Shown: positions 12,068 to 27,290, counted from the stretch's first letter. The stretch is 64,000 nucleotides of DNA from Octopus vulgaris (GCA_951406725.2 OX597843.1:10540001-10604000), one strand, 5' to 3'. Notes: generated by a model not told the origin, from the letters alone. Translations and numbers: made by a program.

Positions 12068-12299
12068 TAAACAGTAAAAATAATTACAGACATGGACAAG
12101 AACATGAAACGCCACAGAGACGACACAAGAACCACAGGACGGGACATTCGAAGCCCTCAGTCATCAGTCAAGAACCAGATCATCTTAGCAATTTCGGCTG
12201 ATTAATCTTGAGATTGCTCCGATATGGGCAGCCCGCCAAGGGAAATCTATATATATATATATATACACATACATATATATACATATGTACATATACATA

Positions 12300-12712
12300 G
12301 GCGCAGGAGTGGCTATGTGGTAAGTAGCTTGTTTACCAGCCACATGGTTCCAGGTTCAGTCCCACTGCGTGGCACCTTGGGCAAGTGTCTTCTACTATAG
12401 CCTCGGGCCGACCAAAGCCTTGTGAGTGGATTTGGTTGATGGAAACTGAAAGAAGCCCGTCGTATATATGTATATATATATATGTGTGTGTGTGTTTGTG
12501 TGAGTGTGTTTGTCCCCCTAGCATTGCTTGACAACCGATGCTGGTGTGTTTATGTCCCCGTTACTTAGCGGTTCGGCAAAAGAGACCGATAGAATAAGTA
12601 CTGGGCTTACAAAAGAATAAGTCCCGGGGTCGAGTTGCTCGATTAAAGGCGGTGCTCCAGCATGGCCGCAGTCAAATGACTGAAACAAGTAAAAGAGTAA
12701 AAGAGTAAAGAG
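12300..12712 (+). mobile_element. Full-length major tRNA-SINE
   Basis: Head-body-microsatellite-tail with (AAGAGTA)n end; similar + copies at ~18433, 20633, 25762, 50003, 51116-51717 and - copies at ~16400-16783, 59375-59773, 63297-63670. Confidence 0.85.
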
Positions 12713-12939
12713 TATATGTATACACACACTCACTAGGCTATTTAGTATCAGTTCCTCATAGATTTATTGCTACTACCATTGTTGCCATGACCATCACCAC
12801 TAGACAACACGCATTCCTTCCCTCCCTTTCTATGTTCTTACACATGTCTTAGTCCCCTGTGTATCTCTCTCTCCCCCCACAGCTCATCCAAATGATATTT
12901 ATATTGTTAACACTAGATGTTTCACCTATCTTCTGCCAC

Positions 12940-13645
12940 CGTCATCATCATCATGATTGTGATTATCATCGTCATCATTATTACCACCAGCTTCCTCCTC
13001 CTCCTCCTCCTCCTCATCATCATCATCACCCTTCTCTTCCTTCTCCTCCTAATCATTATCATCATCATCATTATTACCACCAGCTTCCTCCTCCTCCTCA
13101 TCAACTTCATCATCATCATCATCACCCTTCTCTTCCTTCTCCTCCTAATCATTATCATCGTCATCATTATTACCACCAGCTTCCTCCTCCACCTCATCAT
13201 CATCAACCTCATCATCATCACCCATCTCTTCCTTGTCCTCCTAATCATCATCGTCGTCATCATTGTATCATATAATCATCCCATCCTTTCTCCTTCTCGT
13301 CCTCCTTCTGCTCCTCATCCTCATCTTCACTTTCATCATTCTTGTTAACATCCCCATTATCGTAACTGTGCCCCCTCCTCCTCCTCATCTTGGTCCTCCT
13401 CCTCCTCCTCATCATCATCATCATTGTATCATTATCCTCATCACCATCATCATTGTCATTATAGTTATCCTCATCATCATTGTCATCATAGTTGTTATCC
13501 TCATCATCATCATATCATCCTCATCATATCATCCTCCTCATCATATCATCCTCATCCTCATCATATCATCCTCATCACCTTCATCATTGTCATCATAGTT
13601 GTTATCCTCATCCTCCTCATCATCATCATCATCGTCATCGACAAC
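12940..13645. repeat. (CAT)n/(CCT)n low-complexity microsatellite
   Basis: Direct inspection; gives spurious poly-His/Pro/Ile ORFs. Confidence 0.9.
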
Positions 13646-13819
13646 AATATCCTTATCACCATGTTCTCCTCTTTCTCTCTGTTCTAAAAAAAAAAAACAA
13701 AAAAAAAACAAAAAAAAAACTACTCACTGCTGTTGCCGCTGCTGTTGCCGTTGTTTACTGCTGTCGTTGCTGCACCTCACTCACACCCCTTTACCTCGCT
13801 TCCTTGCACCCTCCAATAA

Positions 13820-14898
<1,079 letters not shown>

Positions 14899-17212
14899 TA
14901 CATTCTGGCAAATTTGAATGTGACTGTGTTAATTGCTGTTGTGGTCCATCCTAGGACAGTGGTTGTCAACTAGGGTCCATGCGACACTTGGGGCTCCACG
15001 TAAGATTTTGTAGATAAAATTTATGTGCAGTAAAACAATATTTTTTTTTTCAATTTCTAGTAATATTTAATAATACAGGAGTATGATTGGCTGTGTAGTA
15101 AGTAGCTTGCTTACGAACCACGTGGTTCCGGGTTCAGTCCCATTGCATAGCACCTTGGTCAAGTGTCTTCTACTATAGCCTCGGGGCCGATCAAAGCCTT
15201 GTTGAGTGGATTTGGTAACGGAAACTGAAAGAAGCCCATCATATATATCATCATCATCATCATCATCATTTAACGTCCGCTTTCCATGCTAGCATGGGTT
15301 GGACGGTTCAACTGGGGTCTGGGGAGCCCGAAGGCTGCACCAGGCCAGTCAGATCTGGCAGTGTTTCTACAGCTGGATGCCCTTCCTAACGCCAACCACT
15401 CCGAGAGTGTAGTGGGTGATTTTATGTGCCACTGACACAGGTGCCAGACGAGGCTGGCGAACGGCCACGCTCGGATGGTGTTTTTATGTGCCACCGACAC
15501 AGGTGCCAGACGATATATATATAGGGAGAATTCATGAAAAAAACAAAAGACGAAGACAAGTGGTGTAGAAAACAAACAGATGTATTAGTATAATGCTCAG
15601 CAATTGAAAAGAGTCTTTTACATTTTGAGGCTAGGCTCTTCCACAGAAAGAAACAAGGAGAGAAAAAAAATGTGTGTAGTGGCTACCGAGCTATATATAT
15701 ATATTATATTAAATTAGAGATAAAACCACTGTTAGGCAAATCAAACAGTGAAAATCATAAGCCAGTACATAGAAATAAAATTAATTAAAAAATATAAAAA
15801 ATATAAAATATAAAAATCCAATTAAAATATTTAAATTAAAGTTAAAATTTTTAAAAATCATTTAAATTAATAAATTAAACTTATAAATCTTAAATATATG
15901 TATATATATATATATTTATTATTATTTTATTTATTTTTTTTTTTAAACTATCAAAAAGTATTAAGTTTGATATAAGATATATATATATATGTATGTATGT
16001 GTGTGTATATGTTTGTGTGTCAGTGTTTGTCCCCCCAACATCGCTTGACAACCGATGCTGGTGTGTTTATGTCCCTGTATTTAGCGGTTCGGTAAAAGAG
16101 CCTGATAGAATAAGTACTAGGCTTACAAAGAATAAGTCCTGGGGTCGATTTGGTCGACTGAAGGCGGCGCTCCAGCATGGCCACAGTCAAATGACTGAAA
16201 CGAGTAAAAGAGTAATCCTTTCTTCTATAGGCATAGGACATGACATTTTTGGGGAGTGTAGGGGTTACCTAATTTATCAACCCCATAAGGATGAAAAGTA
16301 AAATCAAGCCTGGTGGAATTTGAACTCAGAACGTAGCGATGGGCAAAATACTTCTAAGCATTTTGTCCAGTGTGCTAACGATTCTGCCAACTCGCCACTT
16401 TACTCTTTTACTCTTTTACTTGTTTCAGTCATTTGACTGCAGCCATGCTGGAGCACCGCCTTTAATCGAGCAAATCGATCCCAAGACTTATTCTTTGTAA
16501 GCCCAGTACTTATTCTATTGGTCTCTTTTGCTGAACCGCTAAGTGACGGGGACATAAACACACCAGCATCGGTTGTGGGGACAAATACAGACACGCAAAC
16601 ACACACGCACACACACATATATATATATATATACAACGGGCTTCTTTCAGTTTCCGTCTACCAAATCCACTCACAAGGCTTTGGTCGGCCCAAGACACTT
16701 GCCGAAGGTGCCATGTAGTGGGACTGAACCCGGAACCATGTGGTTGGTAAGCAAGCTACTTACCATACAGCCACTCCTGCGCCTTTAATAATATTTAATT
16801 ATAAAAATATAAGATTTTTTTAAATGTTGAATGGTTATGAAGATTCATGCAAGTAAAATGAAAATCAAAGGGGTCCCTAGGTGAAATATGGTTGAGTACC
16901 ACTGATATAGAAAGGCAAAGGAATGTGTGTTTATTAGTAGTCTTGGTTCATTAATGTAAAGCAGGGGTCGGCGGACTGGGGTAAATTACCTCAAGTAGGG
17001 TAAAAATGAAATTCTTGGAGGTAATGAGGACTCGTTAGACATAAGTAAAATTATATATAAGAAAAAAGTATGTTCCTGGTTATAGCAGAAATTTTTCTTT
17101 GGCGTTGAAAGTAAACAAATAAAGTTTGCTTTAGAAGCATTGAGGTGTATTGAAAGATAAGGAAGTAATTTTATTCTCAAACACAGGGTGATGTTAATAA
17201 TATGTCTGATAA

Positions 17213-17607
17213 CAGGACTCTGCACCATGCCACACAAGCAGGAGAGCCCAGTCAGACAATTTCTGTGTCCAAATTACCCCTAACATCTGGCCACCTAATT
17301 CCCTAGACTGCAAACCCCTTGATTATTATGTGTGGGATGCAGTTGAGTGTAAGACCAAATAAACTCCTTGTAACATCAAAGATGAACAGAAGGGAAGGAT
17401 TATGGCAGCATTCACCAACTCAAACAAGGAGATCGTCCTGAAGAGTTGTAGGAGATTCCAAAATCATCTGGAGGTCGTGGTTGAAGCCAATGGCGATTTT
17501 ATTGAATATTAATGTAATTTTGCTAAATATATCTGTTAAAATGAGATGTCAGTGTTATTTTCATTTTTGCGTAATTTAGATGACAGTTTATTCACCACAC
17601 CCTGTAT
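17213..17607 (+). mobile_element. Degenerate Tc1/mariner-superfamily transposase C-terminus with probable 3' TIR
   Basis: Translates to DSAPCHTSR..NIWPPNSLDCKPLDYYVWDAVE...SCRRFQNHLEVVVEANGDFIE (WPPNSPDLNPLDY motif); ends CACCCTG-TA. Confidence 0.8.
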
Positions 17608-17654
17608 ATATATATATACATAAACAAACACACACACACTCACATATTTATTTA

Positions 17655-17687
<33 letters not shown>

Positions 17688-17817
17688 GAGTAGTTGAATG
17701 AATTATCCTAGTATGGATAATTCGGTTAACCGATACCCGGGTAGCAAATTCACGTCAGAAAAACACGGTTGAAGCTACATGCCAAGGGCAGAAATCCCGT
17801 GCTTTCGTGTGGACATA

Positions 17818-17920
17818 AGTTCCTTGTCTTTCCTGATGAGAAGGCAGCATAATGCACCCCTTATTCTTTCGAAATTAGGAATATGCAGTCTTCGAAACAT
17901 ATGTCGAGAATAAAGGAATT
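17818..17920 (+). ncRNA. Putative type I hammerhead ribozyme with palindromic stem III
   Basis: TTTC-CTGATGA(17833-39)-GAAGGC...GTCTTC-GAAAC-ATAT-GTC(17903-05)-GAGA; distal TTCCTT/AAGGAA pairing; inside a (TA)n-flanked segment. Confidence 0.75.
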
Positions 17921-17951
17921 TTGTTAAATCGTCGTTCAACTCCATTCTTTC

Positions 17952-18010
<59 letters not shown>

Positions 18011-18078
18011 TAAAAAATGGTAAGATAACGAAAGAAAGGAAGAGACCTCAATATTATGTAAATAGAGGAAATTTTTAT

Positions 18079-18279
18079 TGCAATCTTATTGGATTTTTTC
18101 TACTAGATACTTTAGGTAAGACATTTCCTGACGTATATTTCACCATCTACAAAGATGATGCCCTCGCTTTAACCACTAATACAAATGGACCAGCACAGGA
18201 TCGTTTTAGGAAGGATATTATCCAATTAATGAAATACTTCGGACTTAGTGTAACTATAGATACTAACCTGACGGTTGTG
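18079..18279 (+). mobile_element. Penelope-like element reverse transcriptase fragment
   Basis: CNLIGFFLL...IYKDDALAL..NGPAQDRFRKDIIQLMKYFGLSVTIDTNLTVV resembles the PLE RT pattern YRDDGL...DRIRKDII..F...GL.ITI.TNL..V. Confidence 0.75.
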
Positions 18280-18610
18280 TGATTCTTATGCCCGCACACA
18301 CGCACACATCTAAAACTGCCCATTCATACATATTCACACACGTGTACAAATGAATCTATATACACGTCTATATAGGCACAGGGAAAAATGCCGGATAGAA
18401 GAGTACAGAAAAAATTATTATATATATATATAGGCGCGGGAGTGGCTGTGTGGTAAGTAGCTTGCTTACCAACCACATGGTTCCGGGTTCAGTCCCACTG
18501 CGTGGCATCTTGGGCAAGTGTCTTCTACTATAGCCCCGGGCCGACCAATACCTTGTGAGTGGATTTGGTAGACGGAAACTGAAAGAAGCCTGTCGTATAT
18601 ATACATATAT

Positions 18611-18686
<76 letters not shown>

Positions 18687-19119
18687 TTGTGTATCTGTGT
18701 TGTCCCCCTAGCATTGCTTGACAACCGATGCTGGTGTGTTTATGTCCCCGTTACTTAGCGGTTCGGCAAAAGAGACCGATAGAATAAGTACTGGGCTTAC
18801 AAAAGGAATAAGTCCCGGGGTTGAGTTACTCGATTAAAGGCGGTGCTCCAGCATGGCCACAGTCAAATGACTGAAACAAGTAAAAGAGAGTATATATAAA
18901 GGAAAGGAAAATGTTAATAATGATAATAGCATTTCTTGAAAATCTATTTATATATACTTATCCTGTTTTGTAAGTAACTGTATATATATAATCACAAAAA
19001 ATATTCTCTTTATTTGTAGTTTTGCCTTTTTTTTTTCTTAAAAATTCCGTTCTTGTGGGAGAAAACTTTTTTCTTAATATACTTATGTAAGCATGTCCGT
19101 GTTTGTGTGAACATGTGTA

Positions 19120-19125
19120 TATATG

Positions 19126-19159
<34 letters not shown>

Positions 19160-19637
19160 TGTATGTGTATGTGTGTGTGTGTGTGTGTGTGTGTATGTAT
19201 GAATGATTGTATGTATGTATGTATGTATGTATGTGTATGTATGTATGTATTTATGTATGTATGTATGTATGTATGTATGTATGTATGTATGATTGTATGT
19301 ATGTATGTATGTATGAATGATTGTATGTATGTATGATTGTATGTATGCATGTGTGTATGTATGATTGTATGTATGTATGATTGTATGTGTGTATGTATGT
19401 ATGTATGAACGATTGTATGTATGTATGTATGTATGTATGATTGTATGTATGTATGTATGTATGTATGTATGTATGTGTGTATGTATGTATGATTGTATGT
19501 ATGTATGTATGTATGTATGTATGTATGTATGTATGTGTGTATGTATGTGTGTATGTATGTATGTGTGTATGTATGTATGTATGTATGTATGTATGTATGA
19601 TTGTATGTATGTATGTATGTATGTGTGTATGTATGTA

Positions 19638-19670
<33 letters not shown>

Positions 19671-19983
19671 ATGTATGTATGTATGTATGTATGTGTATGT
19701 ATGTATGTATGTATGCATGTATGTATGTATGATTGTATGTATGTATGTATGTACGTACGTACGTATGTATGTATGAATGATTGTATGTATGTATGTATGT
19801 ATGTATGTATGATTGTATGTGTGTATGTGTGTGTATGTATGTATGTATGAATGATTGTATGTATGCATGTGTGTATGTATGTATGTATGTATGTATGTAT
19901 GTATGCATGTATGTATGAATGATTGTATGTATGTATGTATGTATGTATGTATGTGTGTATGTATGTATGTATGTATGCATGTG

Positions 19984-20013
<30 letters not shown>
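19120..20013. repeat. (TATG)n microsatellite with recurrent GATT interruptions
   Basis: Direct inspection. Confidence 0.95.
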
Positions 20014-20017
<4 letters not shown>

Positions 20018-20237
20018 CCATAAGACGGATGTATGAGTGGTGAATATATTGAATTACCATGTGGCATAATAGCCGGCAGCTTTCTGTGATAGCCACGTAT
20101 ATTGCTGTTTTACACTATAAATACATATATACACTCGTATGTATGGGTGTATGTATTATATTAGAGGAAGAAGGATAAGAAAACCAAGGTAGGACAAGTT
20201 GTTTGGAATAATGTAATTAGGGTAAGGTGAATTGGAA

Positions 20238-20314
20238 GTCTTACAAGCAGTTTGTGGGAAATCCCACGTGATAGGCTAGCACGTGTGTACACTGGGTATT
20301 CCATCATCAGAGAC
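20238..20314 (-). ncRNA. Degenerate hammerhead ribozyme relic
   Basis: Minus strand GTCT-CTGATGA-TGG...CACGTG loop CACGTG...CCA-CAAAC(for GAAAC)-tgctt-GTA-AGAC. Confidence 0.5.
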
Positions 20315-20579
20315 AAGGTGAGTATGTATGAAAGTTCTAGATGGGAGTTCAGATCTTTTCAGTTTGACCGGCAGTTTTTTAAAAATAATTTCCACGTAAC
20401 TAGAAAATTTTAAACTTCGTATACTGGTAGAATGTGTTTATAAAGCATCTTTTCCTCTTGGCTTTACTGAGAAAATTCTATAGTTTGTAAGACTAAAGGC
20501 GGTGCTCCAGCATGGCCGCAGTCAAATGACTGAAACAAAAAAATATATATATATGCTTGTATATATATATATATATGCT

Positions 20580-20635
<56 letters not shown>

Positions 20636-20790
20636 TGGCTGTGTGGTAAGTAGCTTGCTAACCAACCACATGGTTCTGGGTTCAGTCCCACTGCATGGCA
20701 TCTTGGGCAAGTGTCTTCTGCTATAGCCCCGGGCCGACCAATGCCTTGTGAGTGGATTTGGTAGACGGAAACTGAAAGAAGCCTGTCGTA

Positions 20791-20828
<38 letters not shown>

Positions 20829-21434
20829 CGTGTGTGTGTTTGTCCCCCTAGCATTGCTTGACAACCGATGCTGGTGTGTTTACGTCCCCGTCACTTAGCA
20901 GTTCGGCAAAAGAGACCGATAGAATAAGTACTGGGCTTACAAAGAATAAGTCCCGGGGTCGAGTTGCTCGACTAAAGGCGGTGCTCCAGCATAGCCGCAG
21001 TCAAATGACTGAAACTAGTAAAAGAGTATATATATGCAGTTAGCATATATAGAAAATGCACAGAGAGAATGGATTTTCATACATTCATTCCAGTTAGCTT
21101 ACACATGTTTCGAATAAAATTTTGGAGAGGCCTAGTTCCCTAGTATAACAATCACATTTGTCAGTTGATCCATTATCAATTAATGGTAGATAACTGACTT
21201 GTTCCTTTATCTCTCAAAACTAAAACATACTGAGTACCAAACTATAGAATTTAAATATATTTATACCTACAGACTTATATCAGAAACAACAGCTATTATC
21301 ACATGCAGAAAATGTTTGTTTTTAAATGATATTATACATATACCTCTGTATTTTGTAGTTTTGTCTAAATATATGTTAATGCAATATATATAAATATATA
21401 TATATATATATGTGTGTGTGTGTACATTTAAAAG

Positions 21435-21538
21435 GATTTCGGCAAGTTCCCCCAGATGCGAAAGTTTGTCCAAGAATATATTCAAGCTCTGAACTCGCAG
21501 AATGATGGTTTCAAAGTTGTACAGAATTTTGTGAAAAA
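21435..21538 (+). CDS. CMIP: CMIP-like exon: DFGKFPQMRKFVQEYIQALNSQNDGFKVVQNFVK
   Basis: AAG acceptor (weak), GTAAGT donor, ends phase 2; matches CMIP [20 protein letters not shown]. Confidence 0.9.
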
Positions 21539-21734
21539 GTAAGTTTTGTTTCGTAATATTTCTGTCTTTCCTGTAAGGCTGGTGCCAATGTGTAGAATTG
21601 ATAGACTATCAATGGTGTGAGTGGATTTTTTGGAAGTAGGGTTCACTCAATATCCAAAAGCCTTGGACCAGCTGAGAAAGAGACGAAAGATGTCGCCAAA
21701 AAATTTGTCAGAACCTTTTGAGAAGGCATGCCAT

Positions 21735-22392
21735 TTAGGAAACATTTTTTCACGCTGAGAGTTGCTGAAGCATGGAACAAACTGCTGGCATCAGTTGTCA
21801 GTTGTCGGAGCACGGCATCCTTCAAAACTTCCATGCTTTCTGAGATTCGACAACACTACGCCTGATTTTCTCCTCTCCATACACACGCAAGCATGTATCT
21901 GACAACCAAGAGAATATCCTCCATCGGGCATTTACCATATTCTGAATGCCTTATTTCCCTGGGCATGGACACATTGAAACTCTGACGTCTGGCAGCTGAC
22001 TTAGCAGACACCCATAAAATTATTAACCATCTTACAAACATTAACTCTGAGCACCTTTTCAAACTCCACCCGTATAACATCCGTAGACATGTTTACAAAG
22101 TCAGAAAACAGCACAGCTCCCATGACTTTTGGAAACATTTTTTCACGCTGAGAATTGCTGAAGCATGGAACAAACTGCCGGCATCAGTTGCTAGTTGTCG
22201 GAGCACTGCATCCTTCAAAACTTCCATGCTTCCTGAGAGATTCGCCAACACTACACCTGATTTTCTCCCCTCCATACACACGCTGAAGCATGGAACAAAC
22301 TGCCGGCATCAGTTGTTAGTTGTCGGAGCACTGCATCCTTCAAAACTTCCATGCTTCCTGAGATTCGCCAACACTACACCTGATCTTCTCCC
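21735..22392 (+). mobile_element. CR1/L2-type LINE 3'-end fragments (three tandem truncated copies)
   Basis: RKHFFTLRVAEAWNKL.ASVVSCRSTASFKTSM C-terminal ORF2 motif repeated. Confidence 0.8.
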
Positions 22393-22954
22393 CTTAGGAA
22401 CAATAAGGGCAACGGCTTTGTTACAATTATTAAAACATTGGTAAAATGCTTTGTGGTTTTTGTTCAAGTTCTGTATGCTATGAGTTCAAATCTTACTCAG
22501 GCCAAATTTTCTTTTCAACCTTCTGGAATCAATTATATAATATATAAGTTCTGATATGAAAAGTATTATGACAGTTGCTTTTCATAGGATCCTATGGAGG
22601 AGGTACCTGCGGGCTCTGCCCCAACAACAGGCAGGAAATCTAGGGGGTCAAGAATGAGATTCTTTGATAATATCCATGGTCTCGGTTGGTCATGGTTGGG
22701 AATCCAGCAAGAAAGAGTAATGATGATTGCTTGAGATAGAACCATATGGTGAAGATACTTGAGGGCTTTGCCCCAATGACCCTCTTAGGAACTGTGGCCG
22801 TTCAAGAATTTGGACCTGGTGATCTCCATTTTCAGCAACTTCGAGGGCCACCTCCCAGTGGTGTCAGGCATCAGTGAAAAGCCCTCGACTACAACAAGAC
22901 GACCAAAGTTTGTTTTTTTTCCCCCAAGGTCTGGGGTCTCCCGCCCCTAAGCCC

Positions 22955-23296
22955 TAGACCATCACCTAAACATCATAAGCGGAAAGTGTAACCTCTCGAA
23001 AGAGCTGTTCTTCACTCCTGCTCTAGAGCGTCGGCTGCGGGGTCACTCCGAAAAACCCTCTATCTACGACGATTTCATCTCAATCGAAGGAGAGGGGCTT
23101 TCTCCGTCCGGGTTGCGGATCCGTGGAATAAGCTGCCGGACGAGATAGTGAAGATGCCGACGACCGCTCGGTTCAAAGTCTCTCTTGACCATAAATGGCC
23201 TGAACTCTTTGCATGAACACCCTCCCTGTACATAACTCCATGTCCCCCTACATGGCCTTGCTTTTTGAGCCAAAAAACTAACTTAACTTAACTTAC
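22955..23296 (+). mobile_element. CR1-type LINE ORF2 C-terminus and tail
   Basis: RLRGHSEK..RRFHLNRRRGAFSVRVADPWNKLPDEIV..TTARFKVSLDHKW; (AACTT)n tail. Confidence 0.8.
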
Positions 23297-23432
23297 CCAT
23301 CTTGTTGCCTAACAACAACAACAACAAAATCAGGAACAGTGGACAGAGAAATTGGATGGATGGGGTGGATAATGAAGTTGATAATAATAGTGATGGGCAT
23401 GGTGGAGGTGATGATGATGTCGATGATGATGA

Positions 23433-23573
<141 letters not shown>

Positions 23574-24809
23574 TAAGTTTTTCAAACTAATTTACCCCAT
23601 CCTCCCACTACCTCTCTCTATATTATTTTATCTCTATTTGCCCCCCCCTCTCTCTCTCTTTGTCACTTTCTATCCCTTTCCGTCTCCTCTCCTTTGTATG
23701 TTTTTGTTCTCATCTTTCCTTCTGGTGTATAAATCTGTATGAGTGCATGTATATATGTGTGTGTATATTTGTATGTATTTTACTTGTTTCAGTCATTAGG
23801 TTGTGGCCATGCTGGTGCACTGCCTTGAATGTTTATGTATATAATGTATATATGTATATAGGCGTAGGAGTGGCTGTGTGGTAAGTTGCTTGCTTACGAG
23901 CCACATGGTTCTGGGGTCATTCCCACTGCCTGACATCTTGAGCAAGTATTTTTACCCAAGACATCATGGTGACTCAAATCCTGTGAATGAATAAAATTGA
24001 ATGGTAGGAAACTGTATAGATGTCCATCAGATGGATCATACCTGTAATTCAATGAGGGCCAGCAGTGTCGGACACACTGTGCCACACCAATTTCAGCTAA
24101 GTATTACATTAAAAGTACACATGTCTGTTCTCTACAAAGTATTATATTAAAAGTACACATGTCTGTTCTCTACAAGGCCCAGTTTTTGTTGCAGTGTGGT
24201 GGCTTCTATGCCTCAATAGCCCTGAGTGCTTTGGTAAGAGAGTGCAAGCTCCTGAGAGTCCCTCCCATGTTGGACAGGCCAAAGGGCAGAAAGGGGCCAG
24301 ACTTATATGGACCGCTTCTTGCCAGAGGTAAAAACGAGTTTGCGTAGGGCAAACACCTCTACTAAGAAAGATAATGCTAAGTTGTCAGGAAGGGCATCCG
24401 GCCGTAGAAAGCTTGCCACCCGCATAGCGCTGCGTATATGTGCATAGCAGCATCAACAGCAGTTTAAAACCAAGAAGACCCGGGAGAGGAAGGCCTTATC
24501 TCAGAGATCTGTATGCTACAAGTGGTTGGGGTGTAAAACAAATGTCCTAAAAAAAGCTGAAGATGGGACCCTAATATAGACCTGAAAGAGCAGGGATCCA
24601 TCTGGGGAGAAGCAGGAAAGACAGCCCTGAGGAAAGTCATTGGTGGTGCAGATGTGGCTGTGTGGTAAGAAGCTTGCTTACCAACCACATGGTTCTGGGT
24701 TCAATCACACTGCATGGCACCTTGGACAAGTATCTTCTACTATAGCCTTGGATTGACCAAAGGCGTGTGAGTAGATTTGGTAGATGGAAACTGAAATAAG
24801 ACCATCGTC

Positions 24810-24844
<35 letters not shown>

Positions 24845-25925
24845 AGGTGCAATGGCCAAGTGGTTTGGGCAGCGGACTCGCGGTCGTAGGATCGCGGTTT
24901 CAATTCCCATACCGGGCGTTGTGAGTGTTTATTGAGCGAAAACACCTAAAGCTCCACGAGGCTCTGGCAGGGGGTGGTGGCGATCCCTGCTGTACTCTTT
25001 CACCACAACTATCTCTCATTCTTTCTTCTGTTGGCCTGCTCGCTTAGCCAGCGGGGTGGTGTCATTTGAAGGCTCAAACAACGAAGCGCATTGTGACCAG
25101 CGATGTGTAGCAACATCTGATAGCCTGGTCAGTCACGGTGATATATATATAATATGTGTGTGTGTTTCATCCTCCCTACCATTTGGCAACTGGTGTTGGT
25201 GTGTTTATGTCCCTATAACTTAGTTGTTCAGCAAAAGTTATTGATAGAATAAGTACCAGGTTTAAAAAACAAAAACAAGTTCTAGGGCTGATTCATTCAA
25301 GAAAAAAGTTTTCTTCAAGGTTGTGCCCCAGCATGGCCACAGTCTAAAGACTCGAACAAGTAAAAGATGAAAGATATTCTGGGGTTGATTTGTTCAACTG
25401 AAAACCTTCAAGGTGGTGCCCCAGCATGGCCACAGTCTAAAGACTGAAACAAGTAAAAGATATACTGGGGTTGATTTGTTTAACTGAAAACCTTCAAGGT
25501 GGTACCCCAGCATGGCCACAGTCTAATGACTGATACAAGTAAAATAAAGAAAAACATAAAAAGATGGCATAATCCCCACAGGGATGGAGCAAAGGGGTTA
25601 AAGAAAAGGAAGACATGTATGTGGAATACTCGGTCATTTACATGCTTAATACTCATTGTCGAAATCAGTGGAGCATCCGCTGAAAATGTGCGTGCTTGTG
25701 TGTGTTTGAAGTTGGAGGTAGTTTGTCAATTTAGTGAGAAGATGTTTATATAATCACTTGTGGCGCAGGAGTGGCTGTGTGGTAAGTAGCTTGTTTACCA
25801 ACCACATGGTTCCGGGTTCAGTCCCACTGCGTGGCATCTTGGGCAAGTGTCTTCTACTATAGCCTCGGGCGGACCAAAGCCTTGTGAGTGGATTGGTAAA
25901 TGGAAACTGAAAGAAGCCTGTCGTA

Positions 25926-25972
<47 letters not shown>

Positions 25973-26273
25973 GTATATATGTGCGTGTGTGTGTTTGTGT
26001 GTCTGTATTTGTCCCCCTAGCATTGCTTGACAACCGATGCTGGTGTGTTTATGTCCCCGTTACTTAGCGGTTCAGTAAAAGAGACCGATAGAATAAGTAC
26101 TGTGCTTACAAAAGAATAAGTCCCCGGGTCGATTTGGTCGACTAAAGGCGGTGCTCCAGCATGGCCGCAGTCAAATGACTGAAACGAGTAAAAGAGAAAA
26201 GAGAGTATATGCAGTTTTACGTTATATATTCGTGTTGTTCTGTTGACTGAACATCTGTCTGTTTGTCCTGCAG

Positions 26274-26354
26274 GGGTCTATTGAATAACACTGACTGCTG
26301 TGAAGAGGATTGGAACCGAAAACTGATCTGTTACATTCACATGTTTGAAGCAAT
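26274..26354 (+). CDS. CMIP: CMIP-like exon: (K)GLLNNTDCCEEDWNRKLICYIHMFEA
   Basis: ctgcag acceptor, GTAAGT donor, phase 2/2 keeps the frame; weak similarity to CMIP DRTLGCYVEIL. Confidence 0.75.
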
Positions 26355-26439
26355 GTAAGTGATTTCCATTTGGTTTAATTACTACCTGTCTCTACCTGCT
26401 CGTTAGTTCTCTATTTCGTTTTTACTGATTTTGTTTGCT

Positions 26440-27290
26440 AATATATATACATACATACTTGCATGCATATGTACATGCATACATGCATGCATACATACAT
26501 GCATGCATACATACATGTATGCATACATACATGTATGCATACACAAATACATGCATGCATACATACGTACATACATACATATATACATGCACACACATAC
26601 ATGCATGCATACATACATACATACATACATACATACATACATACATACATACATACATACATACATACATGCATACATACATACATGTATGCATGCATAC
26701 ATACATACATGTATGCATGCATACATACATACATGTATGCATGCATACATACATACATGTATGCATGCATACATACATACATGTATGCATGCATACATAC
26801 ATACATACATGTATGCATACATGTATGTATGCATGCATGTATGTACATGTATGCATGCATGCATACATACATGTATGCATGCATGCATACATACATACAT
26901 GTATGCATACATGTATGTATGCATGCATGCATACGTACATGTATGCATGCATGCATACATACATGTATGCATGCATGCATACATACATGTATGCATGCAT
27001 GCATACATACATGTATGCATGCATGCATACATACATGTATGCATGCATGTATGCATGCATACATACATGTATGCATGCATGCATACATATATGCATGCAC
27101 GCACACATGCATACATACATATATGTATGCATACATACATATATGCATACATATACACACATACATATATACATACATACATACGTACATACACGCATAC
27201 ATACATACATACACGCATACATACATACATACATACATACATACACGCATACATACATACACGCATACATACATACACACACACATACAT
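26440..27290. repeat. (CATA/CATG)n microsatellite joined to a SINE tail (27290-27422)
   Basis: Direct inspection. Confidence 0.93.

Noticed and set aside
12066-12248. TA-flanked insert with minus-strand CTGATGA
   Set aside because: No correctly placed GAAA/NUH or closing stems found by eye; possibly a PLE end fragment but not callable as a ribozyme
15525-15692. Possible decayed hammerhead (minus strand CTGTGGA-AGAGC..CTC-AAAATGTA)
   Set aside because: Both conserved boxes deviate from consensus; insufficient support
18958-20096. Long His/Thr/Tyr/Ile ORFs (369 aa, 281 aa)
   Set aside because: Translations of a (TATG)n microsatellite
25669-25687. Possible extra mini-exon (AG…GTGCGT)
   Set aside because: Phase incompatible with the next exon and poor pyrimidine tract
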